From: Candidatus Saccharimonadota bacterium
Lineage (GTDB): Bacteria; Patescibacteriota; Saccharimonadia; Saccharimonadales; SLHW01
Reading direction: 5' to 3'
Assembly (NCBI GenBank): GCA_050486305.1
Contig: JBJHDA010000001.1
Coordinates: forward strand, 435,071-499,070
DNA length: 64,000 bases
Positions 28,215 through 37,699 of the stretch are shown here, piece by piece. Numbering within the stretch: the first letter of the stretch is position 1; the number at the start of each line of letters is the position of its first letter. Under the pieces are notes generated by a model. The model saw only the letters and a program-made list of their open reading frames with translations. It did no database searches and was not told where the DNA came from. The position numbers and the translations under genes are program-made.

Positions 28215-28622
28215 ATGAAGTATATATTTATCATCGGTAGTTTAGCCATTGTAACGATAGTGACCTTCCTGATACTTCAGCCAAATAGGAGTAATGAGGA
28301 GCAGCCTACCATGGAGCAACCAGACATCACGTTCGATACTATCCTCCGCGAGCTAGAAAACGACGAGGCAGTACTGATCGACGTACGTACACCAGCGGAG
28401 TATGAAGACGGGCATGCAGCCCCGGCAGTGAACGTGCCCTTGCAGGATATCCAGGACGGGGCCACGCCTGACGCAACGACAGACCAACACGTTTATCTGT
28501 ATTGTCGAACCGGCTCACGCTCAGCACAAGCTACCAGCGAACTACGACAAGCAGGCTACAACGTTACGAATCTTGGAGGCTTACAAAATATGATTGCTAT
28601 CGGCGCAGAAATCACCCCCTAG
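28215..28622 (+). CDS. Rhodanese-domain sulfurtransferase, membrane-anchored
   Basis: N-terminal TM helix. Active-site loop YCRTGSRS. Confidence 0.8.
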   Translation: MKYIFIIGSLAIVTIVTFLILQPNRSNEEQPTMEQPDITFDTILRELENDEAVLIDVRTPAEYEDGHAAPAVNVPLQDIQDGATPDATTDQHVYLYCRTGSRSAQATSELRQAGYNVTNLGGLQNMIAIGAEITP

Positions 28623-28773
28623 ACCTAGCGCTCTATGCTGGAGTGATTCCGCAGATTGCGACTGACATGCTTTCATATGCAACTACCAGCAGCGTTAAAC
28701 TGGAGTATTTTTGTTTTAATCAATAACACTCATGGTTGCGGATAGCGCAAGAGAGCATTACCATTAATAAGCT

Positions 28774-29142
28774 ATGAGTGAGGCCTATAACATACAGCAT
28801 AATCAGCCGGAACTGGCTGAAGCACCAAAGCCAGTCGAGCAAGTCCGTATCCACTCACTACGATCAAAACTTGTATTAGGTGAGTGGGCCGCGGAAGCTG
28901 CTTGTGCAGAAATGGATTCAGACATTTTCTTCCCAGACGAACAGCGCAACTCCCGTATAAACAAGGAGTTGACTGCTGAAGCAAAACAAATCTGCAGCGA
29001 ATGCCCGGTCCGTGAAGAGTGCCTCGACTATGCTCTCGAAAATCACCGAGAAATGCTCGGTGGCATCTTCGGCGGGTACACTGAAAAAGAACGAAAACGG
29101 CTACTTGGCTTGCGCCAAAGGACTCGACGGACGAAACCATAA
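28774..29142 (+). CDS. WhiB-family (Wbl) Fe-S transcriptional regulator
   Basis: Four Cys in the Wbl pattern (C-x29-CSECPVREEC) plus a GIFGG turn and a basic tail (KERKRLLGLRQRTRR). Confidence 0.8.
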   Translation: MSEAYNIQHNQPELAEAPKPVEQVRIHSLRSKLVLGEWAAEAACAEMDSDIFFPDEQRNSRINKELTAEAKQICSECPVREECLDYALENHREMLGGIFGGYTEKERKRLLGLRQRTRRTKP

Positions 29143-29310
29143 TAATGCAGCGAACTACCCGGGCTTACTTTACTTTTTGAAACTTGGAAAACTAGGGCTT
29201 CGGGATGTCGGCAACCAGCGACAGGGCGCAATAGATAAACGAAGGGCCGCAAAAAAACCAAGCGGTAATTGAATGGTGCAATATTCAATATGCGAGCCGA
29301 CTTGCCTTAT

Positions 29311-29964
29311 TCATGTTCGGCTGGTAATCGACGGCATATAGCTGGTGTATGAAGAAATGTCATAAACAGCTCTGAAGTAATCATTAAGTTGCGTGTGCGA
29401 CATCGTGGTAATCGTGTTTTGTTTATAGGGCGACTGTAAGTACGCTAGATAACGCTTATCACCTGCATGGCCTGCCCAAAAGCGCTCGACCACCGTGCTC
29501 AGCCACTCAGCGACCTCACCGGATTCTTCCGGCGAAAAGACAATAGCCTCTTCTTGCGGGAAGTAGCCGTAATCATCCGCCTCCTCGTATTCCAACAATA
29601 GCGGGTCTATGCCAAACGGCTTTAAAAACTGACTATACGTCGGGTCAACTAGGTATGTCGAGTCACCTTCTTGTATGTTAAGTAGCACGTGCCCGCTCGT
29701 CTTGAAATGACGGTAGCCGAGCTGCGCATTTAATGCATCATCAATTTCCGGCTGAATCAGCTGGCGGGTTTTTACACCTTGCTCGTCTAGGATTTTTTGT
29801 AACTCAAAGCAGCTCAGGCCACATAACGGCATACGAAACTCAAGGCCGCTGTAGGCGTCTCGGAACAGGCTGCGTCGTTTCCCGATTTGTTCTCGTACAG
29901 CAGGTAACGCTGCCTCGACCATTTCAGTGAGCTCAGACCACTCCCTCTCCATTTGTTCTGGCAT
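29311..29964 (-). CDS. Hypothetical protein, possible transglutaminase-core-like cysteine protease fold
   Basis: Ordered Cys...His...Asp candidates (LCGLSCFELQ, SGHVLLNI, YLVDPTYSQF) resemble the C-H-D triad spacing of transglutaminase-like enzymes. Weak. Confidence 0.35.
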   Translation of the reverse strand: MPEQMEREWSELTEMVEAALPAVREQIGKRRSLFRDAYSGLEFRMPLCGLSCFELQKILDEQGVKTRQLIQPEIDDALNAQLGYRHFKTSGHVLLNIQEGDSTYLVDPTYSQFLKPFGIDPLLLEYEEADDYGYFPQEEAIVFSPEESGEVAEWLSTVVERFWAGHAGDKRYLAYLQSPYKQNTITTMSHTQLNDYFRAVYDISSYTSYMPSITSRT

Positions 29965-30062
29965 AATGCACTATTCTGTACTGTCTCACCACCCCAAGCA
30001 AGCACTACCGCCATATATGCCGCTAGAAAACTGCGCAAGTAGTAACGAATCGTAGCGGTTGA

Positions 30063-30701
30063 TTACCTGGCTTGTGGGCTTTCGGGATCCAAATGCAGCG
30101 TGTCCATGCTCGCGTAAATTTCATCAATCGATATGCGCACTTCGTTCAGCCCGTCGCCTGCGTAGAAGCTCTCTTCCGGCTCCTCGCCAATGACTTTTGG
30201 CAAAGCTGCCCACTCCTGCGAGAGGTTATAGGCAAACTCTTCACGGGTTATATTGCCATCCATGTAGTCGTGAACGCCTCGGCGCTCAATCAGCGCTATC
30301 GCCAGCCTATCTTGCAGTTCGGCCGTAAACACCTCGGAGCCATCTATCCCCTGTTCTTCAATCAGCCCTTCCAACGTCGGCCGGATAAACTGGTATCTGC
30401 CAACGGCGCTGCTTGGGCTGCCGTTTTCAACGTAATCACGCTGCCACGCCAGCACATCGTCTACACTCATAGATGTAAAATCCGGCTCGTCAGAATTACC
30501 CGCGTTACCATAGTAGGCATTGTAGTTGCCGCTGCTTTCCCCTTTCGCGATGGTCTCCAGCATCTCGGTATAGTTATAGTTTCGTGTGATAGTTCCCCCC
30601 TGATAAATTAAAAACGCAGCAGCCAGTATCGCAACAGGTAAGATAACCCGCTTCGACAAAAAGCGAGGCTTTTTCTTCCCTCTCATACGGTTTGTGAACA
30701 A
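30063..30701 (-). CDS. Membrane-anchored lysozyme-like / transglycosylase-like protein
   Basis: N-terminal TM anchor. GESSGNYNAYYG and GRYQF resemble the catalytic Glu and G-x-Y-Q motifs of the lysozyme-like superfamily. Confidence 0.45.
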   Translation of the reverse strand: MFTNRMRGKKKPRFLSKRVILPVAILAAAFLIYQGGTITRNYNYTEMLETIAKGESSGNYNAYYGNAGNSDEPDFTSMSVDDVLAWQRDYVENGSPSSAVGRYQFIRPTLEGLIEEQGIDGSEVFTAELQDRLAIALIERRGVHDYMDGNITREEFAYNLSQEWAALPKVIGEEPEESFYAGDGLNEVRISIDEIYASMDTLHLDPESPQAR

Positions 30702-30874
30702 ATAAAATTTGTAGATAAACTTGTTAATTGCTTGCGCCCTCCCGCACCGTTAGAGATTAGTGTATCGTGGCTCCGTGCGCAAGCTAAATTCACACACGTT
30801 ATTAGTAAAGATTGCACATAGCAGACCAGAAGTTAACCACCCGGCCATCTGAAGACGGCTGGTATAATGAGCCC

Positions 30875-32659
30875 ATGTTAAAACTTATAAAAATGATGCT
30901 GGTGCTCTTTGCCCTGCTCATTGTCTTGCCAGCTGCCGATACAAGTGCGCAGAGTGTCGAAAATTTCGAGTTTCGCTCGTTCGAGGCAGAGTACTTTATA
31001 AGCCGCGATGATGAAGGGCGCTCCAGTATGCATGTAGTCGAAACACTCGTCGCCGAGTTCCCGGAATTCGACCAAAACAAAGGCATTATCAGAGAGATAC
31101 CCCATAGTTACCAGGGGCAACCGCTCTCGTTCGAGCTGCTATCGTTAGAGCGGAACGGCGAGCCCGAGCCTGTCTATGACGAGTCTAGATCTGGTGAATT
31201 TATACGGGTCAGCACCGGCACGGATGACTATCTTCACGGCACGCAAACCTACGAAATCACCTACCAGTTGCGTGACGTCGTACGAGATTTTGATGAGCAC
31301 CAGGAATTATTCTGGGATATAAACGGCACCAGCTGGCGTCAGCCATTCGGCTCGGTCAGTGCAACCGTGCATCTGGATAACGATGTTGCGGATAATTTCA
31401 CCGGAACCGTCACATGCTACGAAGGTCCGGCTGGCTCACGTGACATGTGCGACTACCAGGTCGAGGATAGCCAGGCAGTATTTACCTCTACCCGGCCATT
31501 CAGCGCCAGAGAAAACCTTTCTATCGTAATGGAGTTTGAGCCTGGTACCTTCGAGCCGTATGCAGAAGGAACCGGCGGGACAGTTCGTGCCGTAATCGCA
31601 GCACTATCTGCAGTGCTCTCCATCGCCGGGATTATCACCGCCGTACACCTCAAACTACGAGCCCGCAACCATCCTGGCCGCGGTGTAATCGTCCGTCAGT
31701 ACCTCCCACCAAAACACACCTCGGTGCTTTGGGCAGCTATGGTTAATCAGCGTAAAAAAATCATGCAAAAAGCTGTCACCGCACAGATACTTGAACTGGC
31801 CGTAAATCGAAAAATAAAAATCGTTGATACTGGCAAAAAGCAAGCCTTCGGTCTGGGTAGAACCATCTACGAGTTAGAGATCATCGACTTGACCGATATC
31901 TCGCTTGAAGGCGAAAAGCTCCTGCGAGCGCTTTTTGGCACGGAATACCAACTCGGCAAGCGGCATAAAGTCAATGATTCCAGTAGCCAGGTAGGGCTCC
32001 GCATGGCAGCTTTGCAAAAGAAGCTTAAAAAAGAAGTCATCCGCCACAGCTACCGCAGAAAAACTTCTGGTAAGTGGGTGCCGGCCGTACTCTCCATACT
32101 CGGCTTCAGTACCGGGCTTTGGGTTCTTGTTTGGCTCGAAAGTCTCGGGCTCCAAGTTGATTTTACAAACGATTGGCGGACCTGGGGCTTCCCGATCGGA
32201 TTATTGAGCGCAACTGTTACATTCCTTATTCTTGGCAGCAATCTAAACCCGCTGACAAAAAAGGGCCGCGAGCTATCTGACTACCTAGAAGGCATGAAGG
32301 AGTACATATCACTGGCAGAGACAGAGCGGCTTCGCTTTGCCCAAAGCCCGGACGGTGCCCAGCGCACAAAGATAAACACCAATAACACGGAGGAGGTCAT
32401 CAAGCTCTACGAACGGCTGCTCCCCTACGCGGTACTCTTCGGCAAAGAAAAAGAGTGGTTCAAGCAACTTGGCAACTATTACGAACAGTCTAAGCAAACA
32501 CCGTACTGGTACGCTGGCACCGGCCATTTTAGCGCCCGCAGCTTCTCTAGCGCGATGAGCCAGGTCAGCTCTGCCGCCTCGTCAAGCAGCAGCAGCGGCT
32601 TTTCTGGTGGCGCCGGTTCCGGCGGCGGCGGAGGAGGCGGTGGCGGTGGCGGCCGCTAA
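30875..32659 (+). CDS. DUF2207-family membrane protein
   Basis: Signal peptide (MLKLIKMMLVLFALLIVLPAADTSAQS), large ectodomain, several TM helices, and a C-terminal SSSSSGFSGGAGSGGGGGGGGGGGR tail typical of DUF2207. Start moved to the ATG at 30875. Confidence 0.7.
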   Translation: MLKLIKMMLVLFALLIVLPAADTSAQSVENFEFRSFEAEYFISRDDEGRSSMHVVETLVAEFPEFDQNKGIIREIPHSYQGQPLSFELLSLERNGEPEPVYDESRSGEFIRVSTGTDDYLHGTQTYEITYQLRDVVRDFDEHQELFWDINGTSWRQPFGSVSATVHLDNDVADNFTGTVTCYEGPAGSRDMCDYQVEDSQAVFTSTRPFSARENLSIVMEFEPGTFEPYAEGTGGTVRAVIAALSAVLSIAGIITAVHLKLRARNHPGRGVIVRQYLPPKHTSVLWAAMVNQRKKIMQKAVTAQILELAVNRKIKIVDTGKKQAFGLGRTIYELEIIDLTDISLEGEKLLRALFGTEYQLGKRHKVNDSSSQVGLRMAALQKKLKKEVIRHSYRRKTSGKWVPAVLSILGFSTGLWVLVWLESLGLQVDFTNDWRTWGFPIGLLSATVTFLILGSNLNPLTKKGRELSDYLEGMKEYISLAETERLRFAQSPDGAQRTKINTNNTEEVIKLYERLLPYAVLFGKEKEWFKQLGNYYEQSKQTPYWYAGTGHFSARSFSSAMSQVSSAASSSSSSGFSGGAGSGGGGGGGGGGGR

Positions 32660-32665
32660 GGAGTA

Positions 32666-33166
32666 TTACTCTGGCCTTCTTGAAATGATGTGGTCAAAGT
32701 TCATTAGCATCGCTATCGCTCCCTGCCGGCTTGATTCGTGCCGAAGCGGTTCTATCAGCCCTTTCGCAATGTCGGGACGATCACTCACAAGTGCTCCGTA
32801 CCGAGCAAGCAGAGCGGCTCGATCGCGGAACGTCTCAGCCTCAATCTTTATAATCGGCAGCCCGAAGCCCCGCCCAATCGCCAGCCTGTCTAATGCTTCA
32901 TAGGCATAAAAGGCACCGATGCACATTCGCCTTGGCACCATTTCATCGCGTTGGCCGCTCCCATAAAGCATACCGGTCATAAACTCGGCCAGATCATGCT
33001 GCCCAGCTGCTTCTAGCTTGGAGCGTTTCTCGGCAAACACATCATCAAACTCGCGCACACCGTTACTTAGCTCGGCGTTAATTTCCTGGTAACTGCTTAA
33101 TACCTCTTGAGCGCAAGCACCAAGTGTTACCTCATGACGTGTCCGTAATTGCTCCATCGCTTCCAT
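32666..33166 (-). CDS. Hypothetical protein
   Basis: 166-aa ORF with no recognisable motif. Confidence 0.45.
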   Translation of the reverse strand: MEAMEQLRTRHEVTLGACAQEVLSSYQEINAELSNGVREFDDVFAEKRSKLEAAGQHDLAEFMTGMLYGSGQRDEMVPRRMCIGAFYAYEALDRLAIGRGFGLPIIKIEAETFRDRAALLARYGALVSDRPDIAKGLIEPLRHESSRQGAIAMLMNFDHIISRRPE

Positions 33167-33264
33167 AACAAATTTACTATATTAAATCACAAAATATACG
33201 ATTGTGCTACTGTCGATTGCAGCAATATCGGAGTATAATATATGTGTAAATAGGAGGGTCAGTC

Positions 33265-33762
33265 ATGAAGATTCTTATCGCCGTCGCAAGCAAACACGGT
33301 GCTACTGCCGGGATTGGCAAAATAATCGAACGGACGCTGGCTGAGCGTGGCCACGAACCGCACTTCCGTGAGCCGAGCGACGTAGACGACTTGTCGATGT
33401 ACGATGCCGTTATACTCGGCAGCGCGATATATGCCGGTAACTGGCGTCGCTCAGCCCGGAAATTCGCTGCTAAACATGGCCAAGAGCTACTCGCTCTCCC
33501 GCTTTGGGTGTTCTCTAGTGGTCCACTTGGGTTATCAAAAGATGATGATGAATACACTGGGCCGGTTATCGAAAATCTAGTCGCCCAGCTTGAACCGGTA
33601 GAGCACAAAGTATTTAGCGGAAAGCTAGACCCATCGCAGCTAAACCTTGGCGAAAAGGCCATCATCAAAATGGTAAAAGCTCCCCAGGGCGATTATCGAA
33701 GCTTTAACGAAATTGTGGATTGGGCAAAATCAATCAGCGATTACCTTTCGGATATGGAGTAG
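33265..33762 (+). CDS. Flavodoxin-like protein (HemG / flavodoxin_5-like)
   Basis: MKILIAVASKHGATAGIG N-terminal FMN-binding-like loop. 165 aa. Confidence 0.65.
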   Translation: MKILIAVASKHGATAGIGKIIERTLAERGHEPHFREPSDVDDLSMYDAVILGSAIYAGNWRRSARKFAAKHGQELLALPLWVFSSGPLGLSKDDDEYTGPVIENLVAQLEPVEHKVFSGKLDPSQLNLGEKAIIKMVKAPQGDYRSFNEIVDWAKSISDYLSDME

Positions 33763-33767
33763 TCTGC

Positions 33768-34808
33768 GTGGCCGAAACTCATCTAGACATGCTCAACCAA
33801 GTCCAGGCCATATTTAACGAGCAAGTGTATTTAGTTGGCGGAAGCGTCCGCGATGTCTTGCTTGGAAAGCAGCCGACTGATTATGACTTTACCACCACGC
33901 TCTTGCCCAATGACATCGAGCAAGCAGTCAGAGCCGCAGGGCTAAGGGCGCATACATCGGGCAAGCGTTTTGGTACTATCGGTTTTCGCTTAAACGGACA
34001 TCATGTTGAGGTCACGACGTTCCGTACTGAGGAGTATGATGGCCGGAGCCGTAAGCCGCAGGTTGAGTTCGTCCGTGATATCACCGCCGACCTTGCGCGC
34101 AGAGATTTTACGATCAACGCCATGGCTATCCGCGATGGAAATCACATTATTGACCCTTTCGGCGGTCGGGAGGATTTAAACAACAAACTTATCCGGGCAG
34201 TCAATAAGCCATACGAGCGGTTTCACGAAGACCCGCTGCGCATGCTCCGGGCGGGTCGATTTTCTGCTCAGCTCGGCTTTGCCATCGATCCGGATACGCA
34301 ATCAGCCGCCTCTAAAAACGCAATCGAAATATTGCGCATATCTAAAGAACGCTGGGTGCGCGAGCTAGACCTTATCTTAATGAGCCCGTCGCCAGCAACG
34401 GGGATGCGCTACACTGCCAACACCCGCCTGCTGCACTACATGATGCCAGAGTTGGCCATTCAAATTGGATTCGACCAAGATAGTCCCTACCACGAACTAG
34501 ACTTGTGGGAGCACAGCCTCAAGACACTGGAGCTGTCACCAGCAACTATCGAGGCCCGCTGGGCTGCCTTGCTCCACGATATCGGCAAACCGTACGTACG
34601 CACCGTAAATCAGCACGGCTACAGCAACTACGTCGATCACGAATTCGTCGGAGCCGAAATGGTTTGGAAGATTGGCAAATATCTGCGCTGGGGGAATAAG
34701 CGGTTAGACCACGTTGTGCAGCTAGTGCGCGAGCACCTTTCAGATGATGATAGCCCAATTGCCGAGGCAGATTCAGCGGGGCGCTATCGCAATAGCAGCG
34801 AAGCATAG
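33768..34808 (+). CDS. cca: CCA-adding enzyme / tRNA nucleotidyltransferase with HD domain
   Basis: GGSVRDVLLGKQPTDYDFTT, RRDFTINAMA, EDPLRMLRAGRF, and an HD region (LLHDIGKP). I prefer the GTG at 33768, with GGAG 8 nt upstream. Confidence 0.85.
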   Translation: MAETHLDMLNQVQAIFNEQVYLVGGSVRDVLLGKQPTDYDFTTTLLPNDIEQAVRAAGLRAHTSGKRFGTIGFRLNGHHVEVTTFRTEEYDGRSRKPQVEFVRDITADLARRDFTINAMAIRDGNHIIDPFGGREDLNNKLIRAVNKPYERFHEDPLRMLRAGRFSAQLGFAIDPDTQSAASKNAIEILRISKERWVRELDLILMSPSPATGMRYTANTRLLHYMMPELAIQIGFDQDSPYHELDLWEHSLKTLELSPATIEARWAALLHDIGKPYVRTVNQHGYSNYVDHEFVGAEMVWKIGKYLRWGNKRLDHVVQLVREHLSDDDSPIAEADSAGRYRNSSEA

Positions 34809-34906
34809 CCCGTCGTTACCTGCTAGAGTTTATTACAATAGTAGGGGTTGATATTTTTGCTATTCTGTGTAATAATAGTGGTCTATTTAACGGGAGGTGA
34901 GCTACG

Positions 34907-35899
34907 GTGAGCAACGAAAAAATGGAACAAGAACCTGGTTATAAAGCAGAGGAAATGCCCGAAACGGAAGCGCCCTTATTTGAGCAGTCCGGCGAGACAG
35001 ACGTCCAGGAGTTCGGTGAGCAGCCTATCGATGCAACAACCGAAGAGCACAATGATAAACCCGAAGAGCAAGAAGCCGAAAGCAGCGCAATCGAGTACGA
35101 AGTTAGCTATCGCTGCGAATCTACAGAAACGTGGCAGTTTACTATCGATGCCACAAACGAAGGCGACGGCATATTTACCAGCACGGTAGCCCCGCATGGC
35201 GGACCTGACCCTGAATCTGATGAGTTCAACCCAGACGTCGTGCACCCCTTCAATCTCGAAGCCGGAGAGTCAGACTCCCTAACCGTAGGCGAACTGCCGC
35301 GAGATATCGCTTGGTACGAGTGGGCCACCGAAGACGAATTAGTAGAAGAGCTGCGCGATGAAACGGTAGATTATACCGGGTGCGAAACAGCAGAACCAAA
35401 GCCAGACAAAGAGCCAGAAGCAGAACTCGGGCCGTTGCCGATGTCGGTATCAATCGGTTGTGTCACAGAAGATACGTGGGAGTTTACGATAGATGCAGGC
35501 TGGGCTGGCGAAGGTACTTTTGAAAGCATTGTTGCCCCGCATGGCGGACCTGACCCTGAGTCTGATGAGTTCAACCCAGATGTCGTGCACCCGCTTAATC
35601 TAGAGCCTGGCGAGACCGGCTCAGTCACGGTAACTGATTTACCAGAAGTTGCACACTATGAGTGGACGACGGATGATGAAGTACTGCTATCGCTGCAAGG
35701 CAGCCAGGTAGACTTTTCTGCTTGTGCCCCTGAGCAAGTAGTAGAAGAAGAAAAAGAAGAAGAAACTATTGCAGAAACCAAAGAGCCAGAGGAGCTGCCT
35801 GAAACCGGCATGCACGCTGCTCCAGAGATCGCTGCGCTGGGGTTTGTTGCCCTCGCGGCCGGTAGCTACTTGGTTTACCGGGGCCGCAAACACGCTTAA
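34907..35899 (+). CDS. LPXTG-anchored acidic surface protein with two ~115-aa internal repeats
   Basis: C-terminal LPETG, hydrophobic helix and RGRKHA sorting signal. Internal duplication (TWQFTIDA...VAPHGGPDPESDEFNPDVVHP repeated, DNA ~35186-35262 vs ~35531-35607). No N-terminal signal peptide is visible, and an in-frame TGA lies 9 nt upstream of the GTG start. Confidence 0.75.
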   Translation: MSNEKMEQEPGYKAEEMPETEAPLFEQSGETDVQEFGEQPIDATTEEHNDKPEEQEAESSAIEYEVSYRCESTETWQFTIDATNEGDGIFTSTVAPHGGPDPESDEFNPDVVHPFNLEAGESDSLTVGELPRDIAWYEWATEDELVEELRDETVDYTGCETAEPKPDKEPEAELGPLPMSVSIGCVTEDTWEFTIDAGWAGEGTFESIVAPHGGPDPESDEFNPDVVHPLNLEPGETGSVTVTDLPEVAHYEWTTDDEVLLSLQGSQVDFSACAPEQVVEEEKEEETIAETKEPEELPETGMHAAPEIAALGFVALAAGSYLVYRGRKHA

Positions 35900-36093
35900 A
35901 GTGTTTCACCCTTTTTGTTGAGTCTGGGAGTAGCTCAAAAACAGCGGGAACTTTACTCACCTAGCATGTTTTTATGTTCACAAGCAAACTCTTCCTGCTG
36001 TAAAACAACACTCAGCCAAACATCAGGTAAATAGAGTTGTGTTGTCATTATGGTTTTGCTTACTTGGCAAAAGTAGTATTAGATAGAATATAT

Positions 36094-37569
36094 ATGAGTC
36101 AAAACCCAGAAATACCTCACTCCTTATACCCTGTGGCGTTCGGAAACGAAGAAGAGACCGGTATGCTGATCGACCACGGTGAAGGGTTTGATGAGCCGTA
36201 CGGTCTCGTGCAAGGCATCGAGTACTACGTACCAGAAAATCTCCGTGGCCATAAAAGCTTCCTTACGAACGGGGCAAAGATTTATGCTGGCGGTACAGGT
36301 GATGAAACCGAAGGGCTGACGAACCTTGAGCGCGCCACCGCGGAGTGCTCGACGCTAGATCAGCTCGTCGCTCGTATCCGCGCGAACGAGAAACTACTTA
36401 TTGACGTATCCAGCACCTACGCCAAAAAATACGCTGATACGCACGATACACCGGTGCATGTACGCATTCAGCGGCGTGTCGTCGACGGCCACGGTAGCCG
36501 CAAAGGCTGCCACGACAACTTCTCTGTCAATGGTAAAGACATTAACGATCCGAGCGAACGCACCAGCTTCCGTCTGCACCCGATGGTGCTAGGGCATATC
36601 GTTACGAGGTCGTTCGTCAGCGGTGCCGGGCATTTTACAGATAACGGTACGCATTACGGTCAAAAAATCGGCGGTCTAGTACAAACCGAAGGTCGTAGAT
36701 ACGGCGGTACGGTATATCGGATTACATCAGGCGGTGCCAACGAACGGCTAGAAGTCCGCTCGAACGATATCAACATCTCCGACTGGGCTATCCGGAGTCG
36801 TGTGGGCAGCACCGCCCTCGCGCTTGCGGTTGCAGGTACTGAGCTGGCAGATGGTTTTTCTGCGCACGCCAGTCACAACCAATACTTCGCCATGGCAAAT
36901 TATTTCAACGAGCTCAACCTACACCGTGACGGCAGCATCGAAGCGTCCGGTGCACAGCACGAAGCACTCGATTTCCAGATGCGACTCGCCGAGGTGGCGC
37001 TGTTCGAGCTCGAGCATATCGCTGGACCGTTGCCAGATGATCTGCGCACCGCCGCCGAAGAGCTTTACTTCTTTTGCCGCGATTACAAACAAGTCCTCGA
37101 TCAGGACGCCAGCGTTCGGTTGTTGGCCGATCGCGCTGATTGGGCTGCCAAGGCAGCGTATGTGCTAGACCGTATCGATGCCGACCAAAATAACGGTGTG
37201 CTCCGCAGCACTCACGATATCCAGGCCCAGGCAGATGATCTGCGCTACGATCATATCGCGCTGCGAGCAGTACCAGGCCTTAAGTCGCCTCGGGTGACGC
37301 ACGGCTATGGTTATAAACACCGTGATGCAGGTAATCTCAAGCACTCCGCATCGGAAAAAGATGTCGCTCGCGCTTACTGGCAGGCTCCGGAAACGACACG
37401 TGCCCATGAGCGCGCCAGGATATTAAAGGAAGACAAGGTCACCCATTGTGACTGGCACACCGTGAACCACATCCAGTCAGACGGCACGTACCGCTACACA
37501 ACCTTGCCGAATGCCGCCGGTACGCCAGTCGACATGCAAAAAGTCGTTGAATTCTCCAGCAAGATCTAG
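36094..37569 (+). CDS. Pup-ligase/deamidase-family protein (PafA/Dop-like), orphan
   Basis: FGNEEETGM (cf. GIETEYG), FLTNGAKIYAGG...ERATAEC (cf. NGARLY.D.GSHPEYATPEC), GCHDNFSV (cf. GCHENY), and C-terminal DWAAKAAYVL (cf. DWV.K). Start moved to the ATG at 36094 (MSQNPEI). Confidence 0.7.
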   Translation: MSQNPEIPHSLYPVAFGNEEETGMLIDHGEGFDEPYGLVQGIEYYVPENLRGHKSFLTNGAKIYAGGTGDETEGLTNLERATAECSTLDQLVARIRANEKLLIDVSSTYAKKYADTHDTPVHVRIQRRVVDGHGSRKGCHDNFSVNGKDINDPSERTSFRLHPMVLGHIVTRSFVSGAGHFTDNGTHYGQKIGGLVQTEGRRYGGTVYRITSGGANERLEVRSNDINISDWAIRSRVGSTALALAVAGTELADGFSAHASHNQYFAMANYFNELNLHRDGSIEASGAQHEALDFQMRLAEVALFELEHIAGPLPDDLRTAAEELYFFCRDYKQVLDQDASVRLLADRADWAAKAAYVLDRIDADQNNGVLRSTHDIQAQADDLRYDHIALRAVPGLKSPRVTHGYGYKHRDAGNLKHSASEKDVARAYWQAPETTRAHERARILKEDKVTHCDWHTVNHIQSDGTYRYTTLPNAAGTPVDMQKVVEFSSKI

Positions 37570-37699
37570 CCGAGCCAACCGTTCACTGCCACTTTCGTAA
37601 CGCTTTTTAATTGGTTGCATATGTTTTTAGTGAGCCTGGGAGGGCTCAGGCTGAAGGCTGCTGACTTGTTACCTCTATGTACTGGCTGCTATCGGAATT

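Noticed and set aside
28772-29140. 122-aa ORF antisense to the WhiB-family gene
   Set aside because: It is a mirror-image ORF. The plus-strand product has the complete Wbl Cys pattern, and the antisense product has no motif.
23600-30701. Prophage downstream of the tRNA-Gln att-like repeats (M23 peptidase, tdk, WhiB and lysozyme-like genes are phage-like cargo)
   Set aside because: There are no integrase, terminase, portal, capsid or tail genes. The genes are in mixed orientation with housekeeping-like members, and no matching att copy was noticed further downstream.
33207-33668. 153-aa minus-strand ORF
   Set aside because: It is antisense to the flavodoxin-like gene, which has a typical FMN-binding N-terminus. 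The antisense product is low-complexity Ser/Pro-rich.
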